From the human T2T-CHM13v2.0 reference genome, Homo sapiens, in the NCBI RefSeq assembly GCF_009914755.1, contig NC_060929.1: a stretch of 64,000 nt of DNA; one strand, 5' to 3'. Every line of letters starts with the position of its first letter. Within the stretch, counting starts at the first letter, position 1. Below, in pieces: positions 1-14,240 of the stretch. A model generated the notes under the pieces. The model had not been told where the DNA came from, did not search any database, and was given only the letters and a program-made list of their open reading frames with translations. The position numbers were made by a program, and so were the translations under genes.

Positions 1-900
1 TTTTATTTTCTTTTGTCATTGGCCTTTATGATGATCCGAGATGTGTAATTTAAAAATTATACCCGTGTCTGATGATTTTCTTCTATCTGAGGATTCATGA
101 TTTTTGCCAATTCTGAGCTATAATTCTTTAAATACTAATTTATTTTCATTTTTCTTACTTTTATTCTTTCTCAATTTCTATCAATTTTGTTTTTTCTTAT
201 TTTATCATTTACATCTCCTAACCACTTTTTCTAATTTTAATATATCTATATTTATCCACTTCATTTTGTCTTGTTCATTTTCTTGTTCACGTCCTTAGTC
301 AATTTAAACATACTACTTCACAGATTGTCTTTTTTTATTATCCTAAGTTCTTGGGTTTCCATTCCTATTGCTTGTTCTCTGGGCTGACTTTCCGGCACAG
401 TGTACTGTTGTCTTATACATTTTGTCATTTTGGCTTGTAAGGTCATCCTAAGCTTTGAAATCACCTAGGGTCTGACTTTCATCTACTCTGGCAGATGTTC
501 CTGTGCTATTGCTACAGTCCACTGCTGGAGATGATTGCCAAGATGTATAGGTTCTATATATTTGAACCCCAAACCTAGGTAAAGTTTTTTAAATGTTGCA
601 AAAACGAACACCTTTTTTTTTCATGCACCCAGAATATGAGGAAAACATCCATGTCTTCTACCTTGAATAGATATATTTATTTTTCCTGCCTACCCGCTAA
701 CAGATGGTGCAGCTGTTCTAGGTTCCTTCTTTGATTGAGATATCTCTACTTCCTCATTATCCGTGGTCTACATCAGTGTCAACCCCAAATTGTTTAGTTA
801 CCCAGCAAATGATCAACTTCCTCCCCAACAAAGGTTTATTTCCACACCAGCTCATTGGTTTGCACTATCGTTCCTTGCCCTTGGAAAGTCCCTTTCCTTT
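1..900 (-). mobile_element. Highly decayed ancient LINE (HAL1/L1M-like) fragment, antisense
   Basis: T-rich sequence with the texture of antisense L1M/HAL1 ORF1. No diagnostic ends; boundaries approximate. Confidence 0.3.
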
Positions 901-3900
901 TTAAGTAAATCTAGATACGCATTGTGAGAGATGTTTTAAGTTATCTAGTCTAGCTAGACTAGTAAATTGAGATAAATATAAGTCTCCCAGAATACTAAAT
1001 TATTTAGCTGTGGTTTCTCTAAATATTGAGGACCAATATCACCCATAAATAAACTGATTTTTAATGTTTGTAATCAACTCATCATAAAGAAGCAGGTGAC
1101 AATAAAATAAATTGATAGTGAAGATTTATTTAAAACTTAATACTTCAAAGGGGATTTAAAGGATTTAAAATAGAGACATCCTTATCATTATATATCTTGA
1201 CAGTAAAACAAGAGTTGATGATTTAAAATTTATGATTCTGGATTAGGATTAAGATGGCAGATAAGAGACAAAACTAGCTTGGGTGGACAGAGCAGCTTGT
1301 GGAGACTTACATCGTGAACTTTTGCACCAAGAACTACTGCAGGAACATACCAGGAAAGCCAAGAGAATCAACAGACCTTTTGAAGGACTGGATCACCACT
1401 GCAGGCTCCCTGAGACACTGAAAAACTGTGAATCGGCTTGCTTTCTGGACAGGAGGCTCATGGTCTGGGATGAGTTCTCAGCCCTGGTCACTGGTGGCCT
1501 AGAAATAGATTTGGTGTTGTTATGGGGGCACAATGGGACTGGATGTTAGGACTGCCAGCTGCATGGGATTGGGATGAGGCTGGTGACTGCTGGCATTTCC
1601 CCATTTCGCTGGTGACCTGTATGACTCAGTAGAGGCAGCCATAATCTCCCTGTGAATATAATTCCATTGGACTGAGAACTACACTCCTATTCCCCACAAC
1701 AGCCAAAGCAAGCCCTGCCCAAGGAGAGGCTGAGCTCAGAGCTCAGACAGGCCTATCCCTGCCCCGACCTGATGGTCTGCCTCTACCCACCCTGGTAGCC
1801 GAAGACAAAGGTCATAATCTTTTGGGAGATCTATGGCCCCACCCACCACCTGAGAATCCTGAATACTTAACCAGTTGTCCCTAGGGCAAGTTTACCTTCC
1901 CCCATAGGACCTCAGCTGATGCACTCTTGAAAGCATCACCTCCTGGCTGGAGGCCAACCAACACAAAACCAGCACACTAAATGAAAACACAACCAGAGAC
2001 CCTCACAGAGTCCACCTCACTCCCCTACTACCTCCACTGGAGCAGGTGCTGGTATCCACAGCTGCAAGACCTGAAGACGGATCACATCACAGGACTCTGT
2101 GCAGATACTCCCCAGTACCAGCCTGGAGCCCAGTAGCTCTGCTGGATGGCTAGGCCCAGAAGAACAAAAACAATTACTACAGTTTTACTCTTAAGAAGCC
2201 CCATTCCTAGGGGAAGAGAGAGAACACCACACCAAGGGAGCACTCTGTGGAACAAAAGAATCTGAACAGCAACCCAGATCTTCCGTCTGACATAATCTAC
2301 CCAAATGAGAAAGAACCAGAAAAATAATTCTGGTAATATGGCAAAACAAGGTTCTTTAACACCCCCAAAATTTTGTACCAGCTCACCAGCAATATATCCA
2401 AGCCAAGACAAAAACCTCTGAATTTCCAGAAAAAGAATTCAGAAGGTCAATTATTGAGCTAATCCAGGAGGCACCAGAGAAAGGTGAAGTCAAATATAAA
2501 GAAATTAAAAACATGATACAAGATATAAAAAGAAAATTCTGTGAAATAGAAAGCATAAATTAAAAAAAAATCATAATGTCTGGAAATCAAGGACACACTT
2601 AGAAAAACGCAAAATGCACCAGAAAGTCTCAGCAATAGACTCGAAGAAGCGGAAGAAAGAACTTCAGAACTTGAAGACAAGGCTTTTGAATTAACCCAGT
2701 CCATCAAAGACAAAGAAAATAGAATTTTAAAAAAATGAACAAAGCCTCCAAGAAGTTTGGGACTGTGTTAAAATTCCAAACCTAAGAATAATCAGTGTTC
2801 CTGAGTAAGAAGAGAAATCTAAAAGTTTGGAAAACATATTTGAAGGAATAATTGAGAAACACTTTCTTGGCTTTTCTAGAGATCTAGACATGCAAATACA
2901 AGAAGCTCAAATAACACCTGGGAAATTCATTGTAAAAAGATTGTCACCTAGGCATATAGTCATCAGGTTATCTAAAGTCAAGACAAAGGAAAGAATCTTA
3001 AGAGTTAGGAGGCAAAAGCATCAGGTAACCTACAAAGGAAAACCTATCAGATTTACAGCAGATTTTTCAGCAGAAACCATCAGGATAGAAGAGATTGAGG
3101 GCCTATCTTTACTCTCCTTAAACATAACAATTATCAGCCAAGAATTTTTTATCCAAGGAAACTAAGCTTCATAAATAAAAGAAAGATACAGTTTTTTCCA
3201 GACAAGCAAATGCTGAGAGAATTCTCCACTACCAAGCCAGCACTACAAAAACTGCAAAAAGGAGCTCTAAATCCTGAAATACACCAAAATAGAATCTCCT
3301 TAAAGCATAAATCTCACAGGACCTATGTAACAATAACACAATGAAAAAGAACCAATGTATTCAGGAAACAAACAGCATGATGAATAGAATAGTACCTCAC
3401 ATCTCAATACTAAAGTTGAATGTAAATGGCCTAAACGCACCACTTAAAATTTATAGAATTGCAGAATGGATAAGAACTCGCCAACCAAGTTTCTGCTGTC
3501 TTCAGGAGACTCACCTAACACATAAGGACTCACATAAACTTAAGGTAAAGGGGTGGAAAAAAGAGATTCCATGCAAATGGACACTGAAAGTGAATAGGAG
3601 TAGTTCTTCTTATTTCAGACAAAACAAACTTTAAAGTAACAGAAGTTAGATAAGACAAAGAGGGACATTATATAATGATAAAAGAACTAGCCTGACAGGA
3701 AAATATCACAATTCAAAATATATATGCACCTAAAACTGGAGGTCCCAAATTTGTAAAACAGTTACTACTAGACCTAAGAAATGAGATAGACAGCAACACA
3801 GTAATAGTGGAGGACTTTAATATTCCACTGACAGCACTAGATAGGTCATCAAGACAGAAAGTCAGCAAACAATGGACTTAAATTATACCCTACAACAAGT

Positions 3901-4297
3901 AGAAGTAACAAATATTTACAGAACATTCTACCCAACAATTGCAGAATATACATACTATTCATTAGCACATGGAACATTCTCTAAGATAAGCCACAAAACA
4001 AGTCTCAGTAAATTTAAGAAAATTGAAATTATATCAAGTACTCTCTCAGATCACGGTGAAATAAAACTGGAAATCAACTCCAAAAGGAGTCCTCAAAACC
4101 ATGCTAACACATGGAAATTAAATAATCTGCTCCTGAGTGATCACTGGGTCACAATGAAATCAAGATGGAAATTAAAAAATTATTTGAACTGAACGATAAT
4201 AGTGACACAACCTATCACTACTTCAAACTGAATGATAGTAGTGACAAAACCTCTGAGATATAGCAAAAACGTGCTAAGAAGAAAATGTATAGCATTA

Positions 4298-4622
<325 letters not shown>

Positions 4623-7281
4623 AAGTCTGAAAGACAACAGATAGTATAAGGTCAGACTTCATGAAATTGGAGAAACAAGAACAATCCAAACCCAAATCCA
4701 GCAGAAGAAAAGAAATAACAAAGATCAGAGCAGAACTAAATGAAATTGAAGCAACAGCAACAACAAAAATACAACAGATCAATGAAACAAAAAGTTAGTT
4801 CTTTGAAAAGATAAAATTGGTAGACCATTAGCAAGATTCACCAAGAAAAGAAGAGAGAAGATCCAAGTAAACTCAATTAGAAATGAGAACAGGAGATATT
4901 GCAGCAGATAGTATATAAATACAAAAAAATATGCAAGGCTACTATGAACATCTTTACATACATAAACTAGAAAACCTGTAGGAGATTAATGAATTCCTGA
5001 AAATATACAACCCTCCTATATTAAACCAGGAAGTTATAGACTCTCAGAACAGACCAATAACAAGCAGTAAGGTTGAAATGGTAATTAAAAATTTGCCAAC
5101 AAATAAAAGTCCAGGACCAGATGAATTCATGGCTGAATTCTATCAGGCATTCAAAGAAGAATTGGTACTAATTTGTTTGACACTATTCCAAAAGATAGAG
5201 AATGAGAGAATCCTCCCTAAATCATTTTATGAAGCCAATATCACCCTAATACCAAAACCAGGAAAGAACATAACGAAAAAGGAAGGAAAACTACTGACTA
5301 ATATCCCTGAACATCAGTGCAAAAATCCTCAACAAAATACTAGCTAAATGAATCCAACAGCGTATCAAAAAGATAATGCACCATGATCAAGTGGGTTTCA
5401 AACCAGGGATGCAGGGATGGTTTAACATACATAAAGTCAATAAATGTGATACACCACATAAACAGAATTAAAAACAAGAATCACATGATCATCTCAGTAG
5501 ATGTATTAAAAGCATGTGACAAAATCCAGCATCCCTTTATAATTAAAAATCTTAGCAAAATTGGCACAGAAGGGACATACCTTAAGGTAGTAAAAACCAT
5601 CTATGATAAACCCACAGCCAACATAATACTGAATGGGGAAAAGTTAAAAGCATTTCTGCTGAGGACTGGAACAAGACAAGGATGCTCACTTTCACCACTT
5701 CTATTCAGCATAGTACTGAAAGTCCTAGCCAGAGCAATCAGACAAGAGAAAGAAAGAAAGGGCGCTCGAATCGGTAAAGAGGAAGTCAAACTGGTGCTGT
5801 TTGCTGATGGTATGACTGTATACCTAGAAAACACTAAAGACTCATCCAAAAAGCTTCTAGAACTGGTAAGTGAATTCAGCAAAGTTTCAGGATACAAAAT
5901 AAATATACAAAAATTAGTAGTTCTGCTATATACCAACAGTGACCAGGCTGAGAATCAAATCAAGTCAACCCCTTTCACAATGGCTGCAAATAAATAAATA
6001 AATAAATAAAATACTTAGGAATATACCTAACCTAGGATGTGAAAGACTTCTACAAGGAAAACTATAAAACACTGCGGAAAGAAATCATAGATGACACAAA
6101 CAAATGAAAACACATACCATACTCCTGAATGGGTAGAATCAATATTGTGAAAATGACCATACTGCCAAAAGCAATCTACAAATTCAATACAATTCCCATC
6201 AAAATATGACCATCATTCTTCACAAAACTAGAAAAAAAAATCCTAAAATTCACATGGAACCACAAAAGAGCCCACATAGCCAAAGCAAGACTAAGAAAAA
6301 GAAAACATCTGGAGGCATCACATTACCCGACTTCAAACTATACTATGAGGCCATAGTCACCAAAACAGCATAGTAGCAGTATAAAAATAGGCACATAGAC
6401 TAATGGAACAGAATAGAGAACCCAGAAATAAAGCCAAATATTAATACTTAAAGCTGACTTATCTTTGACAAAGCAAACAAAAACATCAAGTGCGGAAAGG
6501 ACACAATATTCAACAAATGGTGTTGGGGTAACTGGCTAGCCACATGTAGAAGAATGAAACTGAATTCTCATCTCTCACCTTATACAAAAATCAACTCACA
6601 ATAGATCAAAGACTTAAGTCTAAGACCTGAAACATAAAGATTCTAGAAGATAACATTGGGAAAACCTTTCTAGTCATTGACTTCGGCAAACACTTCATGA
6701 TCAAGAACCCAAAAGGAAATGCAACAAAAACGAAGAAAAATAGATGGGACTTAATTAAACTAAAAAGCTTCTGCACAGCAAAAATAAATAATAATAATCA
6801 GCAGAGTCAACAGCCAACCCACAGAGTGAGAGAAAAATCTTCACAATCTATACATCCAATAAAGAACTAAAATCCAGAATCTGCAAATAACTCAAACAAA
6901 TTGCAAGAAAAAAATCCAATCAAAAAGTGGGCTAAGGACATGTATAGACAATTCTCAAAAGAAGATATACAAATGGCCAACAAGCATATGGAAAAATGCT
7001 CAACATCACTAATTATCAGGGAAGTAGAAATCAAAACCACAATGCCATACCAGCTCACTCCTGCAAGAATGGCCATAATCAAAAAATCAAAAAATAATAG
7101 ATGATGGCATGGATGCGATGAAAAGGGAACCATTTTAAACTGTTGTTGGTAATATAAACTAGTATAACAACTATGGAAAAACAGTGTGAAGATTCCTTAA
7201 AGTACAAAAAGTAGATCTATCATTTGATTCAGCAATCCTGCTACTAGGTATCTAGCCGGAGGAAAATAAGCCATTATACGG

Positions 7282-7308
7282 AAAAAAAAAAAAAAAAAAA
7301 AAAAAAAA
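7282..7308 (+). repeat. A27 homopolymer expanded inside L1PB ORF2 3' end
   Basis: 27 consecutive A where L1PB normally has a short A run. Confidence 0.9.
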
Positions 7309-7706
7309 CTTGCACACACATGTTTATAGCAGCAAAATTTGCAGTTTCAAAAATATGGAACCAGCCCAAATTCCCATCAATCAATGAGTGAATAAAGAAA
7401 ATATGGTATGTATGTATCATGGAATACTACTCAGCCATAAAAAGGAATGAAATAATGGCACTCACAGTAACCTGAATGGAATTGGAGACTATTATTCTAA
7501 GTGAAGTAACTCAGGAATGGAAAATCAAACATGTTCTCACTCACTTATGGGAGCTAAGTTATGAGGATGCAAAGGCATAAGAATGATACATTGGACTTTG
7601 GGGATTTGGGGGGGAAGGGTGAGGGATGGCAAGAGATAAAAGACTATACATTGGGTACAGGGCACACTGCTCGGGTGATGGGTATGCCAAAATCTCAGAA
7701 ATCACC

Positions 7707-7820
7707 CACTTGGGAGAGACTGAGGTGGAAGGATCACTTGCAGTGAGCTGCATTCATGCCACCACACTCCAGCCTGGGTGACAGAGTGGGAGACCCCATC
7801 TCAACAACAAAAAAAAGAAA
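7707..7820 (+). mobile_element. Old Alu (AluJ/FRAM-like) right-arm fragment fused to truncated L1PB 3' end
   Basis: CACTTGGGAGAGACTGAGGTGGAAGGATCACTTG|CAGTGAGC...CCAGCCTGGGTGACAGAG...CATCTC + A-rich tail, with an internal ~20-nt deletion. Confidence 0.8.
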
Positions 7821-7893
7821 TGTTAGCCAGATTCATTAATTTTTGAATTCCTTAAAGGTGTTGGCAGACATAATAGTAACCTTTTGTAAAATA

Positions 7894-8253
7894 CAAGTTG
7901 AGTATCCCTTATCTGAAATGCTTGAGACTAGAAATGTTTCAGACTTCAGATTTTTTCAGATTTTGGAATATTTGTATTTACTTAGTGAAATACCTGGTGA
8001 ACAGGGCCCAATTCTAAACATGAAATTCATTTATGTTTTATATATATCTTATACAAATAGCCTGGAGGTAATGCTATACAACATTTTAATAGTTTTGTTC
8101 ATGAAACAAAGCTTGGGCTGCGTTTTCACTGTGACCTGTCACAGGAGGTCAGGTGTAGAATTTTCCGCTTGGGGCAACATGTTAGTGCTCAAAAAGTTTT
8201 AGATTTTGGAGCATTTCAGATTTCATATTTTTAGATTAAGGATGCCCAACCTA
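7894..8253 (+). mobile_element. Tigger4b (MER46B/Zombi, TcMar-Tigger) non-autonomous DNA transposon
   Basis: TIRs CAAGTTGAGTATCCCTTATC ... GATTAAGGATGCCCAACCTA, flanked by TA on both sides. ~360 bp body resembles the recalled Tigger4b consensus. Confidence 0.85.
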
Positions 8254-8419
8254 TATAGAAATGGCATCACAGGTTATTTCGCCAAGGTCATGCATTCAGT
8301 TATTAGTAATGTGGTATTTTCAAACAGAAGTATATCTAAAAGCTGCTTAAACAATGTATTTGAGCCATTTTTTGGAATTCATGACACATAGAGGCTAGAA
8401 GAATTTCAGTAATGGTAGT

Positions 8420-8625
8420 CAATATGATAATACCACTGTGAACCAGGCACTGTTTGAAATGTTCCATTTATTGACTTATTTAAGTCTAACAAGGTCATGA
8501 GATTCTATTATAATCCCATTAAAAGACAAAGTACTCTGAGGTAGCTCTTTCTCAAAGACATGTTGGGATTTACAACCAGGCCATCTGCAGCCTGGCTCCA
8601 CAGTCTAGCTGTGAGCTACAGCTCT
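8420..8625 (-). mobile_element. MIR fragment
   Basis: CCAGGCACTGT...TTATAATCCCATT..CTCTGAGG...GGGATTT, a degenerate antisense MIR core. Confidence 0.4.
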
Positions 8626-9487
8626 GCACTTTCTCTTTTTTAAACACAGATTCACGCACAGGCAAACACACACAATACACATGCATAGCAACACATATAC
8701 CCTAACACACTCACACACAGCCTATGGCGTGATGATTATCTTAGCAATGTTTCTACTTTGATTTATCTCTCTGTTTTTCTGATTGGGAAGAAAAGGGAAA
8801 AATTTTCTCACTCTTCAATTTATAATAATGGCCCCAATATAATGAATCATCTAATCTAATATAGGAAGATGTTATTTTAGAGGAGTTGAGGTACATATTT
8901 TATATGATTGAAGCCAATATCTTATCTGTGCAATTAATTTCATGGAGTTCTCAAATTATTACAACTCTGATTTTGTAACTATTGGCAAACAATATATTTT
9001 ATTTCAAACGAGTATGTAGTCACTTAATATAGAATCTATGCTGTCTTCTAACTCAGAACAAATGAATGACATTTTTTACTAGCAATAACTTATTTTTGTT
9101 GCTTAGTCATCTTATGTATAATGATTACCTATTTACAGATATCAGATATTTGATGCTTATTTTGGTTTTAATTTATTTTTATTGTTTAATATTGTCTTTT
9201 TGTGATTATAATTTGTTTAAACCATATAATTGTTTGAAAATACACCTAAATTATAGTCAACTTTAAGAAGATCATAAAAATGGAAATAATGTTCTAACTG
9301 AATAGGAAGAACATTTTGTTTTCTTTCATGATATATTCAGGTAAATCATATTCTATTTTCTTTTATCATTTGACTGGCTAAACTAAGTGAAAAATGTCTG
9401 TAGAAATGATTTTTGCCTGCTCAAAATATAAAGACCTAAAAGAATGGTAGCTGTTCTAATTCTTTTTTGCCTTAAAATACCCTAATG

Positions 9488-10274
9488 ATGAAGGGATGCT
9501 GGATTTTATTGAAAGCTTTTTCTGCATCTATGGAGAAATGCAGAACCACAATGAGATACCATCTCATACCAGTCAGAATGGCTATGATCAGGAGGTCAGA
9601 AAATAACAGGTGTTTGCTAGGTTGCAGAAAAAAGGGAACACCTCTACACTGTTGATGGGAATTATACACTGTGCAGTCACTGTGGAAAGCAGTTTGGAGG
9701 GTTCTCAAAGAACTTAAAACAGAGCTACAATCAATCCAGCAATCCAAATACTAGATACATACCCAAAAGAAAATAAATCATTTTACCAAAAAGACACACA
9801 CACTTGCATGTTTAACACAGCATTGTTCATAATAGCAAAGACATGGAATCAACCTAGATGTCCATCAACATTGCACTGAATAAGGAAAATATGGTCCCTA
9901 TACACCATGGAATACTATGCAACCATTAATAAAGAATGTAATTATGTCCTTTGCAGCAACATAGATGCACCTGGAGGCCATTATCTTACATGAATTAACA
10001 CAGGAAAAGAAAACCAAATACCACATGATCTCATTTATAAGTAGGAGCTAAGCATGTTTACATGGATATAAAGGTGGAAATGATAGATACTAGGAACTAC
10101 TAGAGGGGGTAGGGTAGCAGGTAGCAGGTCAACAATGGTTGAAAATCCACCTATTGGGTACTATGTTCAATACCCAGATGACAGGATCATTCATACCTCG
10201 TACCTCAGCAACACACAATTTACCCATTTAACAAACCTGCACGTGTACCCCTGAACCTAAAATAAAAGTTGAAA
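9488..10274 (+). mobile_element. 5'-truncated, 5'-inverted L1PA16-like element (twin priming)
   Basis: 9488-9536 is antisense ORF2 RT sequence ([15 protein letters not shown] on - strand). ~9533-10274 is the sense ORF2 C-terminus and 3'UTR ending AATAAAAGTTG-A7. Degenerate TSD AAAATACCCTAATG (9474-9487) / AAAATATTCTCATG (10275-10288) after a TT/AAAA endonuclease site. Confidence 0.85.
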
Positions 10275-11169
10275 AAAATATTCTCATGGTCATTTTAAGT
10301 TATTGCCACTGAATTTAAATCTGTGACCTACAAATACTACAATGAATTTTATATTCAATGCATTAACATGTTTGGTGCCATGTAGAAAGAGAAACATGAG
10401 CCACGCACACATAAATTTTTCATGAAGGTGGTCATTCTAATATAATGCCCCCCATAATAGTCTTGTAATTCACCATCAGTGAAGTAGCAGTTTTTAAGGC
10501 AGTATATTCTGAGGAAAAATAGTGTTTTATTTATACACAGATGGGGAATTGGAATTACATTTAGGCTGGTTGCATGTACTTGTCAGTGGATCATTACATA
10601 TGGAATAGAACATGAATTTAACTGCTGTTTTGTTCACAGGGTAACTTTTGGCCAACTCCTTCATCTTTATTAAAAAGTAGCTCAATGGTACTGTCAAATG
10701 ACTTCACTACTCAGAAAAAATATAAACAAATCAAAACAAAACACAATTCTTCTCCCTTGCTTCTCTGTCTGAGTCTCTCACCTACAGAGCTACTATTAGG
10801 CATTAACTCTTTAAATTGAACTGGCTTATTGGCTAGGCAGTTTTCACTTTGCCATTCTGTGACTTGGCAGTCTGTGAATTGGCTCTCAGTGACTTGGCTG
10901 ACTTTCTGCAGAGCCTAGAGGCAGTGAATGAGAGAAATATCCATTGCCCAAAATTTTTAAGAAGAGGCGATGGTAAGGCCTAGGCCTTGGCAACCAGAAG
11001 AGCAGAGTATGGGTGGGGAGAGGAGAGGAGCCAAAGGGTAATAACAAACAAGTAAAGGGAAACCGTGAGGGTGAGAGGCTAAACACAACTTTCGTCTAGC
11101 TTAAAATTGTGCTGAGGCAATAGCAAATATGACTTGCCTTCTTTGTATGCAAGAAAAATTATTTTTCTT

Positions 11170-11400
11170 ACTTTTTTCATTCAGCAAATGCTTATTGAAG
11201 ATTATGTGTCAACCAGTGTGAAAGGCCTGGGGGATCAACAGTTAAGTTTTGATACCTGGTCTGCTGGTGCTAACAGATTAACTGAGGACATTAATGAGGG
11301 AGGCAGACAGACCAATAATTATAATGCTGTTAGATAAACATAAGCAACAGTGGAAATATGTAAGTACTGTATAGTTTCTAAGAAATTGCAAGGGCATAGG
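11170..11400 (-). mobile_element. L2 3'-end fragment
   Basis: TCATTCAGCAAATGCTTATTGAAG...GGCCTGGGGGATCAACAG, a typical antisense L2 terminus. Confidence 0.5.
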
Positions 11401-11809
11401 AAAGGGAAGAAAATATTTTCTTTTCTCCTCCTTTTCCTTTAACTATGTTATCCAGCCCTTCTACAATGAAGGAAAACCCTACTTCCAGGTTGCATCATCA
11501 CACTGCCCTGCATGAAGTGAGGTGTGGCAAAAATGAACCCCACACAGGATTCTTGCAAAAGAATGCTACCTATGCCTACAGGGAGACACCCTCTCAACTG
11601 CCCTTGACTACCTTGGGCTTCAATCTGCTCTAGATGGCTTTCATTCTTTCCGATCAAAAGAGCAAGTAAAAGAAAATGCAACTGTTCTCTGAAAAAATGT
11701 TCCAGGGACAAATCATCCATATGCAGCTTCACCCTCCGTCTGCAGAGAGCGTTAACTGGAATCTGCAGATTAGTTTTCAGTCCTGACCTCAAGGTTGGCA
11801 TCTTTTGCA

Positions 11810-12980
11810 TGTAGATATTTATCTGGATGTCCTTAGGACTTCAAATCCAGTATGTCAAGAATGGAGTCCATCTGATTCTCCACTGTCCTTACCCTAGGCA
11901 CCTCAAACCTACTGCTCTTTAGGTATGACTTACATTGTCCATCCGTTTACTCAAGCCAGAAATTCAGGTGCCTTCTGTAGCCTTCCTTTTCTCTTTACCC
12001 TCTACATCTAATCAATCACCAAGTCCTGTCAGTCCTACCTCCCACACTTCTCTATTTATCCGTTCCTTTGCTCCTTCTTTTAGGCTGTCACCATTTTTCA
12101 TCTGGATGATGAAGACACCATTCTCACTTATCAGTCTCAGTTCCATCAGCCACCAAAAAGATCTTTTTAAATATTTTATTTGCAAATCTGATACTGTAAT
12201 TTCCCTGTTAAAATTCTTCAACAGCTGTTTTTTTTTTTCCCCTAACAGTGGTTTTTGAAGTTGTTTATAGTGGGCAGAAACCTCATTCAAAAGATATTTT
12301 ATTCCAATTACATGGAATTAATTAGATGTAAAGTTTAATCTGTGGTACAGAGATGTAAAGAGATGGTGGTCTCAGGTTTTTTTCATGATAACCTCCCTGG
12401 ATATCTTGCTGGATAACACAAGGTACCTCAGTGCATCTGCAGGGAAGAACAGAAACAGCTTGAAAATCGCTGATCTGTATAAAAAAATGTATAAACTGTC
12501 TTGTTGCTTGGTATGTAAACTCTTACTTATTCACCTGTTCAGGCTCATTTTCTACACTCTGCATGTTTACAATTCATGCTGCAACCATAAATTTTGCTAT
12601 TTCACATGTACACTGAGATTTATCATACCACTTTCTGAACACTGGTCCCTCTTTCCAGAATGTGTCCCCTTATCAAGAACTTCAAACAACTGGCTACTCA
12701 CCTTCTGAAGCTCAGTGAGCATCATCTGTTCCATGTCACATTACCACTGCCCACCCATAGGCACACGAAAACACTCTTACTCTGTATGCTCCCACTGCAT
12801 TCCTACCTTCACCTGTATAACATATTGTTTTGTAACTCTGTCTTGACATCTGTTTCTCTAAGACACTTGGTGAGGCCAATTGCTGGTTTCCATGTCTTCA
12901 TTCTTGATTTCTGATTACCTAACACAGTCTTTCTGCCCATAGTTAGTCATTAATCAATATTTGTGACATGAATTAAATGG
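11810..12980 (+). mobile_element. L2 3' region fragments
   Basis: ATCTGGATGTCC..CATCCGTTTACTCAAGCCAGAAA..AATCAATCACCAAGTCCTGTC..TGCAAATCTGAT; ends CATAGTTAGTCATTAATCAATATTTGTGACATGAATTAAATG. Confidence 0.6.
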
Positions 12981-13689
12981 ATAGCTTGCTCTTTAAATTA
13001 CTGTAATTAGAATAAAATTCCTTTCAAAGATAAATATACTCGTAAAATATTTGACATAGTGATATGGGCCTTCATTTTTAGATTAAATGAGAATTCAAAT
13101 GTAAGCTTATTGATAATAAAATGTTTGAAACAAAGAAGAGACATACAGGTTTTCTAAAAAAAAACAAAACAAAACTCTATCACTGTCCTTTTCAAATTGT
13201 TTGAGACCCACAAATTGGATGTGAGATTTTCTTTTTAGCTTCTCTATTTTATTATGAGTTAAGTCGTTTGAAAATAGCATGCCCAATCTCTAGCCCATTC
13301 AAAGTTTCTCATCTCTACATTGTTGTACTTTGAGACCTGGTAGTCAGTATTACTACATATAACTGTGAAGTTTAGCTTACATTCCAGTAACTGGATGTTT
13401 AAACTCAGAAGTGATAGAAAAATGAGAACATGATTTTTAAAAAAATATTCACTCATTGTTTTATTTTGGTCAAAATGCTACAAATCCTTAGAAAAGTAAA
13501 TTCTAAAGTATAGAGTTTATCTTTTTTAACTATTAAAACCTGATGAATATTACAGGATATGTCCTAAAAGTATAACATTGATTAATTAGCCTTCAGTGTA
13601 AGCAACAGGTCATCTCCGTTCCAGATAGGACCTCAGTAAACCTGGATGAACTAGAGAATTGAAGATAACCTTAAAGCTAATGCTCTTTA

Positions 13690-14240
<551 letters not shown>

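Noticed and set aside
4180-4250. Short diverged duplication within L1PB ORF2 (..AACTGAACGATAATAGTGAC.. twice)
   Set aside because: Ordinary post-insertion slippage in a dead element.
11445-11810. Overlapping ORFs; YAYRETP faintly resembles a gypsy integrase motif
   Set aside because: Single short motif with no other integrase residues, LTRs or supporting splice structure.
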